Assembly: GCA_031379665.1 (NCBI GenBank)
Contig: JANNFI010000139.1
Span: forward strand, 4,588-68,587
DNA length: 64,000 nt
Direction: 5' to 3'
Source of the DNA: Ignavibacteria bacterium
Lineage (GTDB): Bacteria > Bacteroidota > Ignavibacteria > UBA10030 > SZUA-254
The notes beneath the pieces were generated by a model. That model was not told where the DNA came from and did not search any database. It saw nothing but the letters and a program-made list of their open reading frames with translations. How positions within the stretch are numbered: the stretch's first letter is position 1; each line of letters starts with the position of its first letter. This document shows, piece by piece, positions 57,989-64,000 of the stretch. The position numbers were made by a program, and so were the translations under genes.

Positions 57989-59000
57989 CCGCATCCTCCT
58001 GATTAAACTCAGGGCAATCGGCGATGTCCTCCTCTCCACCGCGGTCCTCCCGGATGTGAAGGCGGCGTTTCCTGGGGCTGCGGTCGACTTTCTCACGGAA
58101 AAATTTTGTGCCGGCGTGCTCGAAGGCAACCCCGCTGTTTCGACATTGCTGGTCTTCGATCCGAAGACCGAGGGCAGCCTCGACCTGATCGGCCGGGTAC
58201 GTCGAAACAGGTATGACCTCGTCATCGACCTCTTCGGCAATCCCCGGAGCGCGCTCCTTTCCCTGCTGAGCGGGGCGGGTGTCCGCGTCGGATACCGTTT
58301 CAACTGGCGGACGGTCTGCTACAACAGGGTCGTCGAACCGCGCGGGGGCACGGTCCACAACGTCGAGTTCAACCGGGATGCCCTCCGGAGGATCGACATC
58401 CCCACCGGATCGGGGAGACCGTTCTTCCCCCTCGATCCCGTCGCAGAAGGATTAGCGGAGGATTTTCTCAGGCGGCAGGTTTCCGTGGGGGAACGGATCG
58501 TCGCGTTAAATGCCGGCGGCGGGTGGATCTCGAAGCGATGGAGGCCCGAACAATTTGCAGCCCTTGGACGGAAAATCAGCGGGGCGGACGGGAGTCGGAT
58601 CCTGGTCCTCTGGGGGCCGGGGGAGGAGGCCGACGCTGTCACCGTGTGTCGCGAAATTGGTCCGGCGGCGATCCTCCCACCAGCGACGACCCTTAAGCAA
58701 CTTGCATCGCTGCTAAAACGGTCTGCGTTGCTGGTCACGAACGACTCAGGCCCGATGCATATTGCGGCGGCGCTCGGGGTATCCGTCGTCGCGATTTTCG
58801 GTCCGACGGTGCCCCGGCTGCAGGGCCCGGTGTTTACGGAATCATCGATCGTCGTCAAATCGGGGCTCGACTGCCTCGGGTGCGGCTACACCGTCTGTCC
58901 CATCGGAAATCCCTGCATGTTGGAGCTGTCGGTGGAAGACGTCTATTCGGCATACAGGCAGATCCTTCAAAAATCCATCAACAACCCACTCCCCCGGTAA
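57972..59000 (+). CDS. Glycosyltransferase family 9 (ADP-heptose:LPS heptosyltransferase-like)
   Basis: ILLIKLRAIGDVLL and TNDSGPMHIAAALG motifs. ATG at 57972 overlaps the lysC 3' end by 17 nt. C-terminal CLGCGYTVCPIGNPC cysteine cluster. Confidence 0.85.
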   Translation: MKRPVNRILLIKLRAIGDVLLSTAVLPDVKAAFPGAAVDFLTEKFCAGVLEGNPAVSTLLVFDPKTEGSLDLIGRVRRNRYDLVIDLFGNPRSALLSLLSGAGVRVGYRFNWRTVCYNRVVEPRGGTVHNVEFNRDALRRIDIPTGSGRPFFPLDPVAEGLAEDFLRRQVSVGERIVALNAGGGWISKRWRPEQFAALGRKISGADGSRILVLWGPGEEADAVTVCREIGPAAILPPATTLKQLASLLKRSALLVTNDSGPMHIAAALGVSVVAIFGPTVPRLQGPVFTESSIVVKSGLDCLGCGYTVCPIGNPCMLELSVEDVYSAYRQILQKSINNPLPR

Positions 59001-59003
59001 ATC

Positions 59004-60200
59004 ATGAAAAAGAAACAGAAGGATGGGAAATCCAGGGAATCGAAGAAATCGAAGAAATCGAAAGCCCTCAGGATCCCCGACTGCAAACATTTTCAGGGTT
59101 ACAAGCCCTGTTTCCCGGGCACCGATTGCCTGGAGAAGTGCGTCGATCCGTCGCCGCGAGGGACCAGAATTCTCATCATCAACCTCGAGGCGATGGGAAA
59201 CGTTCTTGTGACGACGACGCTCCTGCCGGCGTTGAAGCGCAAGTACCCGGTGAGTACGATTACCTGGATCACGCTCGGGAACGCCTACCGGCTACTCGAC
59301 AACAACCCGCTCGTCGATGAGATCGTCGTGTGGGATCCTGAAGCCTGGTTGAAGATGGCGGAGCGGGAGTTCGATTTCGCTATGAACATTGACAAGGCGA
59401 AGAACTCCTGCGCATTCATGATGTCCGTCAATGCCGGGAAGAAGGCCGGCTACGGACTGAACGCCGACGGCGTGATTGTCCCGCTGAACCGCGACGCGGA
59501 GTATAATTACCGTCTGGGACTGAACGACCACCTCAAATTCCGGGTGAACCAGAAACCGAACACCCAGCTGCTCACCGAGGCGATGGGCTTGAAGTACCGT
59601 CGTGACGATTACATCCTGAACCTGTCACCCGAGGAGGAGACCTTCTGCCGGGCGTACCGTCGCGATACCGTCGACGCGGGCGCGGAGTTCGCGGGCCGGA
59701 TCGTGGTCGGGTTCAACACCGGGTGCTCGAACCTCTATCCAAACAAGAAATTGACCCTCGACCAGCACGTGATACTCATCAATGAGCTGGCCGTCGACCC
59801 GCGGCTGCGCATCCTGCTCCTCGGGGGACCTGAGGATACCGAAAGGAACGAGGAGCTCGTCCGCCGCGTGGGGGACAGGGTGGTGAATACGCCGACGACG
59901 GAGGGAGTACGGAGGGGGTTGTGTTACGTCAATCTCTGCGACGTGGTGATTTCAGGCGACTCGTTCGGGATGCACGCTTCGATCGGCTTGAAGAAACATA
60001 TGATCGTGTGGTTCGGCCTGACCTGTCCCCAGGAGATCGACCTCTTCGACAGGGGGATCAAGCTGGTCCCGGAAGGGCTCGCCTGCGCGCCCTGCTGGAA
60101 GCGGGAGTGTCCGTACAACCTTGAATGCATTCAGATGGTGGATCTCGACGCGGTGGTGGCGGAAGTGAAGAAATTCGCCGGCCTGCACCACGCGAAGTAA
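59004..60200 (+). CDS. Glycosyltransferase family 9 (heptosyltransferase-like), second copy, with basic Cys-containing N-terminal extension
   Basis: GT9 core (ILIINLEAMGNVL, SGDSFGMHASIGL). N-terminus MKKKQKDGKSRESKKSKKSK plus C-x9-C-x5-C-x3-C. C-terminal CAPCWKRECPYNLEC cluster. Confidence 0.85.
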   Translation: MKKKQKDGKSRESKKSKKSKALRIPDCKHFQGYKPCFPGTDCLEKCVDPSPRGTRILIINLEAMGNVLVTTTLLPALKRKYPVSTITWITLGNAYRLLDNNPLVDEIVVWDPEAWLKMAEREFDFAMNIDKAKNSCAFMMSVNAGKKAGYGLNADGVIVPLNRDAEYNYRLGLNDHLKFRVNQKPNTQLLTEAMGLKYRRDDYILNLSPEEETFCRAYRRDTVDAGAEFAGRIVVGFNTGCSNLYPNKKLTLDQHVILINELAVDPRLRILLLGGPEDTERNEELVRRVGDRVVNTPTTEGVRRGLCYVNLCDVVISGDSFGMHASIGLKKHMIVWFGLTCPQEIDLFDRGIKLVPEGLACAPCWKRECPYNLECIQMVDLDAVVAEVKKFAGLHHAK

Positions 60201-60220
60201 GCGGAACGCCGGAGGGTGGA

Positions 60221-60781
60221 TTATTTCGGGGTCGTCGAACCTTTTTTCGAGGCGGTATAGCTTGCCAGGTACGCGTCCCATTCCATCTTCTCGTACTCCT
60301 TGTTGCCGATGAACAACACGATGGGAAGAAATTTTTCCGCGTCCACGAAGCCAGGGATCATGGTGAGCATGTCACCCTTCGCATCGAGAAAGATGATCGC
60401 CGGATAACCCCTCACGCCGAAACCCCGCGCGATCCCCACCCCGTCGGTCTTCTGTCCCTTGTACGTGAAGCTCTCCTTCGATTCTCCGTTGACCTTTGCC
60501 AGCGCGAAACGGCTCGCGAGGATCTCCGAGACGGCGGGGTCCGCGAACACTTCCTTGTCCATCTTCTTGCACCAGCCGCACCAGTCCGTGTAGACGTCGA
60601 CAAGGACGGCCTTCTTTTGGTCGGCGGCCTTCGAGACCGCCGTTTCGAGGTTCGTCCACTGGAGATCGCCCTTCTCCGGGCTGGCCGGTTTCTGCGCTGA
60701 GGCCGACGGCGGGAGGCACATCGTCAGCCAGATGAGTATCGTGAGCCCCACCGTGGGGATGGCGCGGTTGGGTATCAGCAT
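60221..60781 (-). CDS. Periplasmic thioredoxin-like protein (Thioredoxin_7/DUF255-like, WCGWC active site)
   Basis: Signal peptide followed by VLVDVYTDWCGWCKKMD. ATG at 60781 (the ORF-track extension is rejected). Confidence 0.75.
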   Translation of the reverse strand: MLIPNRAIPTVGLTILIWLTMCLPPSASAQKPASPEKGDLQWTNLETAVSKAADQKKAVLVDVYTDWCGWCKKMDKEVFADPAVSEILASRFALAKVNGESKESFTYKGQKTDGVGIARGFGVRGYPAIIFLDAKGDMLTMIPGFVDAEKFLPIVLFIGNKEYEKMEWDAYLASYTASKKGSTTPK

Positions 60782-60788
60782 ATTTCCA

Positions 60789-61697
60789 TCACGGTAATTG
60801 TAATGAGAGCGTGATCGAATGTGTCGATCCGAGGTCGAATTGCGTCGGCATGAAGGCATAATCTACTGCAACAATCCCTTCCCTGACGCCGGTTCCCGCC
60901 GTGAAGCCTCTCGCCTCATACCCCGTCTGGTATCCCGCACGGAGCGAAATCGATTTGTAGATCACGGCTTCAGCGCCGAAGTGGACGTGAGAGGTGCCGT
61001 CGCCGAGCGGCGAAAGCAGGTCGACCGCTCCCGTCAGCGTGGCGGACGGGTTTGAAATGTCGGCCGTGTACGACAGTCCCCCGCGGAACAACCCGGGGAG
61101 TTTCGTCGAATGGTCACCCAGTTCGCTCATCGATCCAAGGTTCAGGACGGAGGCGCCGATCCTCACGCCGAAGGATGTCGCATACACCCCGCCCACATCG
61201 AATCCCGTGCCACGGGCGTCGTCGATCAGGATTTTTTCGTAGAGGTATTTCACACTCACACCGAGGGAGAGTTCAGGTGAGACAGTGTAGCCGACCGTCA
61301 GGCCAAGGGCTGCGTTCCGGGCGGCGAAGGTGGAGACTGCCGGACCGGGAGTATCGCGCACTTCGATGTCGTCGGTGCTGACGGAGTAGACGGAAAGGCC
61401 CAGGGAGATCGAACCGAAGTCGAAGGCGCCGGCGAGAAATTCCGCGTTGGTCCCCTGGATCCAGGAGCGGTGCATAAACGAGATGGTAGCGACGTCGATC
61501 GAGGTGAGTGTCGCGGGGTTGTACGCGATGGCTGCGGGATCACCTGTAGCCGTGGCGTATGCCTCTGCCATTCCCAGGCTGCGGCTACCGACCCCGAGCG
61601 TCAGAAACGTCATCCCCGTCGATCCTCCCTGCGCGAAGAAGGTCTGCGTTACGGCGAAGAGGCTGAGGGTCAGGATGGAGTAGCGAATCTGTTTCAT
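60789..61697 (-). CDS. PorV/PorQ-family (T9SS-associated) outer-membrane beta-barrel protein
   Basis: Signal peptide, N-terminal motif GSRSLGMAEAYATATGDPAAIAYNPA, alternating beta-strand pattern and C-terminal aromatic. ATG at 61697. Confidence 0.65.
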   Translation of the reverse strand: MKQIRYSILTLSLFAVTQTFFAQGGSTGMTFLTLGVGSRSLGMAEAYATATGDPAAIAYNPATLTSIDVATISFMHRSWIQGTNAEFLAGAFDFGSISLGLSVYSVSTDDIEVRDTPGPAVSTFAARNAALGLTVGYTVSPELSLGVSVKYLYEKILIDDARGTGFDVGGVYATSFGVRIGASVLNLGSMSELGDHSTKLPGLFRGGLSYTADISNPSATLTGAVDLLSPLGDGTSHVHFGAEAVIYKSISLRAGYQTGYEARGFTAGTGVREGIVAVDYAFMPTQFDLGSTHSITLSLQLP

Positions 61698-61701
61698 CAA
61701 C

Positions 61702-62646
61702 TTAGAATATAGCTGAAAGTGTAATGATATGGAAGCCGTTCGGCGCAAACGATTCGTGCGTATACGCGTACGAGACGGCAGGTGACCAGCCGTCGAGCGG
61801 TTTCCCGACCGAGAATCCGATGGTCGGCTTCACTCCGGTTGCGTTATCGCCGGTCTCGATCCGGTCCGCACCGGCCCTGACGGTGAACTGCTCGACAACC
61901 CTATACTCGACCCCGGCGCGAATCGTCACCGTTCCCCCGGAGGTATGCTCAAGGTCGATGGCCGCGATGGCCCGGTCTTCCGGGAGTGCGTACGAGACAC
62001 CCAGTCGCTTCAGCATCGGGAATTTATCTTCCGTCTCCCGCCCGTCGGCGTTCACATCCTTCGTGTTCCACTTGTACTTCGCTCCGATGTCCTGGAACGC
62101 GACGCCGATGGCGACGGCCTCGACGGGTTTGAACAGGATGCCCGCGTCGAAGCCGACCGTCGTCGTGGTGACCCCCTCGAAGAGTTTGCTATGGTAGAGC
62201 TTCATCGTCACACCGATCGAAAAATTCTTTTCGATCCGGTTCGAGAATGATAGATATACCTGGTTTTCGTAGGTAGAGTACGATTCCGTGTGCTCACCGT
62301 CGGCGTCGCGGCCGTCGATGTCGCTCACGCCGGCGTTGATCAGGCCCGCCGAAATGCCGCCCGTGGGATGAATGGATTGTGTGTAGGAGAGAAAATTCAG
62401 GGACCTGCCGAGGGAGAGAATTCCGAAGGATGCCGCGGCGTGGCGTAGGGTGCCGAAGGCCGGAAGTGCCGGGTTATAGTAACTGCTGACCTCACCGGTG
62501 GTCACCGCCGTCATCGCATTGCCCATCCCGAGACCTCGGGCGCCGAACCCCATCCGCGCGAATGCCCCCGCCCGGCCGGAGGTCTGAGCGCCGGCGGGGA
62601 TCGTCACCAGCCAGAGACACGCGATCATGGCAAGGAGGCGCTTCAT
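61702..62646 (-). CDS. PorV/PorQ-family outer-membrane beta-barrel protein (tandem paralog)
   Basis: Signal peptide, ARGLGMGNAMTAVTTGEVSSYYNPALPA motif and beta-barrel pattern ending in F. Confidence 0.65.
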   Translation of the reverse strand: MKRLLAMIACLWLVTIPAGAQTSGRAGAFARMGFGARGLGMGNAMTAVTTGEVSSYYNPALPAFGTLRHAAASFGILSLGRSLNFLSYTQSIHPTGGISAGLINAGVSDIDGRDADGEHTESYSTYENQVYLSFSNRIEKNFSIGVTMKLYHSKLFEGVTTTTVGFDAGILFKPVEAVAIGVAFQDIGAKYKWNTKDVNADGRETEDKFPMLKRLGVSYALPEDRAIAAIDLEHTSGGTVTIRAGVEYRVVEQFTVRAGADRIETGDNATGVKPTIGFSVGKPLDGWSPAVSYAYTHESFAPNGFHIITLSAIF

Positions 62647-62647
62647 C

Positions 62648-64000
62648 TCACTGCATCACGATGATTTTACCAAAGAGCGGATCGTCATCGCCGAGATCGA
62701 TCCGGTAAAAATACACGCCGTTGGCGACAGTCCCGCCCGCGTCGTTCTTTCCGTCCCAGATTTCGTCGTGTTCCGCGTCCACAGGCCTCGGAGCCATGTT
62801 CACGAGCGTTCTGACGCGGTTCATCCCGAAGTCGAAAATTTCGATCCGGACATCCTGCGTACCACCGGCTGTACCCGCTGGGAGGGCGTAGTGGATGCGA
62901 ACAGGTTCACTCACCGGGGAGAAGGGGTTCGGATAGGCGTAGCTTGTGCCCGACGTCCCGACCGCGTGGTAGGCCCTGGAGACGTGCCAGGTCGAACCGA
63001 ACGGGTGCGCGTCGTTATCGGTCGTCCAAGCGAGGCCGTCGGCGGTTCCGACGAAGACGGTATCGTCAAGCAGACCCGCGGAAAAAAAACTGCTCGAGGT
63101 GATCTTGATGTTCCCCCCGGAGTCCACGATGTCGGAAACCTGGTTGAACGACACACCACCGTCGGAGGTCCTGAAGATTCCCTCGTTTGTCGCGATGTAG
63201 GCGATGGAGTCCCGAAAAGCGAAATCGTACGCCTTCACGCCGTGCAGGAGGTTCGTCCAGCTCGTACCGTTGTCGTCGGTGTAGCTCACGCCGAACTGTT
63301 CATCCCTGTTTTCGGCCTGCCAGTTGGTAGTCCAGATACGCCTGACGGATTCCAGACCCCGTTGTAGCGTCTGGCTTTTGACGGCGATGACCCAGTTTCC
63401 GAGAATCGGTGATGCCTGATTGCTGTGGGTGAATTTCGTCCACGAGAATCCGCCATCGGTGGATCTGTTCACGCCACCGGCCGTCCCGCACCAGATCGTC
63501 GTATCGTCGATTGCGGCCACGGAGAAGGCGAGAAAATTATTATTTTTCCTCGGATCGAACCGGGGGTAGATGCGAGAGAGTTGATCGGTGTCCGCCGGGG
63601 CATAGGTCCAGAGGGGGTCGCTCGGGGAAAGCGTATTCCGATTGTCCGGCGGGAGCAGGATCCGTTCCCAGGTAGCCCCGAGGTCCGTCGACCTTCGCAG
63701 TCCGCTCGACCAGCTGGCGATCCATACGGCGGCACTCTGAATCGATACATCGAATGTGACATTCTGTTCCGCAACGACGATCGGCAGGATCCAAACGGAA
63801 TCATTGATGCCGTACCTGATGATGCTATCTCCCCGAGCGTCGAGAGTCTGGCCACGAGGGTTCCAGGTCAGGCCGTTGTCGGTCGAGTAGGCGTATCCTG
63901 ACCCTGTCTGGACGCTCCCACCGTCGACTTCCTTCTCGAATCCCGTTGAGCACCAGATCGTGTCGCCGTCGAGGGCGACGGCAAAGATGCCGTCGCGGGC
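62648..64000 (-). CDS. BNR/Asp-box repeat protein with T9SS C-terminal sorting domain (5' end outside window)
   Basis: The minus-strand frame stays open from the window edge to 62648. Repeated SxDxGxTW boxes (STDNGLTW, STDLGATW, STDGGFSW, TDDNGTSW). C-terminus YPNPFSP...VRIEIFDFGMNRV...GVYFYRIDLGDD matches a T9SS sorting domain. Confidence 0.75.
   Translation of the reverse strand, partial: ARDGIFAVALDGDTIWCSTGFEKEVDGGSVQTGSGYAYSTDNGLTWNPRGQTLDARGDSIIRYGINDSVWILPIVVAEQNVTFDVSIQSAAVWIASWSSGLRRSTDLGATWERILLPPDNRNTLSPSDPLWTYAPADTDQLSRIYPRFDPRKNNNFLAFSVAAIDDTTIWCGTAGGVNRSTDGGFSWTKFTHSNQASPILGNWVIAVKSQTLQRGLESVRRIWTTNWQAENRDEQFGVSYTDDNGTSWTNLLHGVKAYDFAFRDSIAYIATNEGIFRTSDGGVSFNQVSDIVDSGGNIKITSSSFFSAGLLDDTVFVGTADGLAWTTDNDAHPFGSTWHVSRAYHAVGTSGTSYAYPNPFSPVSEPVRIHYALPAGTAGGTQDVRIEIFDFGMNRVRTLVNMAPRPVDAEHDEIWDGKNDAGGTVANGVYFYRIDLGDDDPLFGKIIVMQ

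Noticed and set aside
54320-60200. Genomic island integrated at tRNA-Ala.
   Set aside because: There is no integrase, no flanking direct repeat of the tRNA 3' end, and the downstream genes (AhpD-like, lysC, GT9) look like core metabolism.
1-64000. CRISPR arrays, IS elements or transposases, toxin-antitoxin pairs, restriction-modification or other defence systems.
   Set aside because: No spaced direct repeats, transposase or integrase motifs, or nuclease/methylase pairs were seen anywhere in the window on either strand.

Overview
This is a 64-kb, GC-rich chromosomal segment with genes packed tightly on both strands and many start/stop overlaps. I found no CRISPR array, transposase, integrase, restriction system or recognisable defence island.

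Likely lineage: several features point to an FCB-group (Bacteroidota-like) bacterium of a high-GC lineage. These are two proteins ending in type IX secretion (T9SS) C-terminal sorting domains, two tandem PorV/PorQ-like outer-membrane barrels, a type-A RNase P RNA, and Bacteroidota-style TTTG / TAnnTTTG promoter boxes. This is an inference from the sequence, not a database result.

Housekeeping content, in order along the window:
- birA-coaX, dnaK, an isoaspartyl peptidase, rsmB and uvrA.
- A recJ-yebC-ruvC-ruvA-ruvB operon, rnpB, and a nif3 / zinc-ribbon / rnhA operon.
- Phosphate acyltransferase, anmK, nfo, the AmmeMemoRadiSam radical-SAM gene amrS, lemA with an htpX-like protease, queF, rnr and tamB.
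- A split hldA/hldC pair, a TrmH-family methyltransferase, nuoA-F, tRNA-Ala(GGC), lysC and two GT9 heptosyltransferases.

Less ordinary content worth follow-up:
- A module of a TPR lipoprotein translationally coupled to a DUF58 protein, followed by two tandem Ig-like (Big_5/SbsA-like) lipoprotein paralogs.
- A PPC/DUF296 DNA-binding-fold protein translationally coupled to ruvB.
- amrS followed by a protein with two DUF309 repeats, with no AMMECR1 or Memo partner nearby.
- A response-regulator-HisKA protein lacking an ATPase domain, with an intrinsic terminator about 15 nt from the nif3 start.
- A PAS-GAF sensor followed by an unannotated 42-aa single-transmembrane peptide.
- A lipoprotein with a PSCyt1-like domain that carries a C-X5-CH motif.
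- Two GT9 enzymes that share a C-x2-C-x4-C-x5-C cluster.
- Four convergent gene pairs whose 3' ends overlap.
- A truncated nuoA-F cluster.

The six-frame track contains many long antisense or alternative-frame ORFs, typical of GC-rich DNA; I rejected these.
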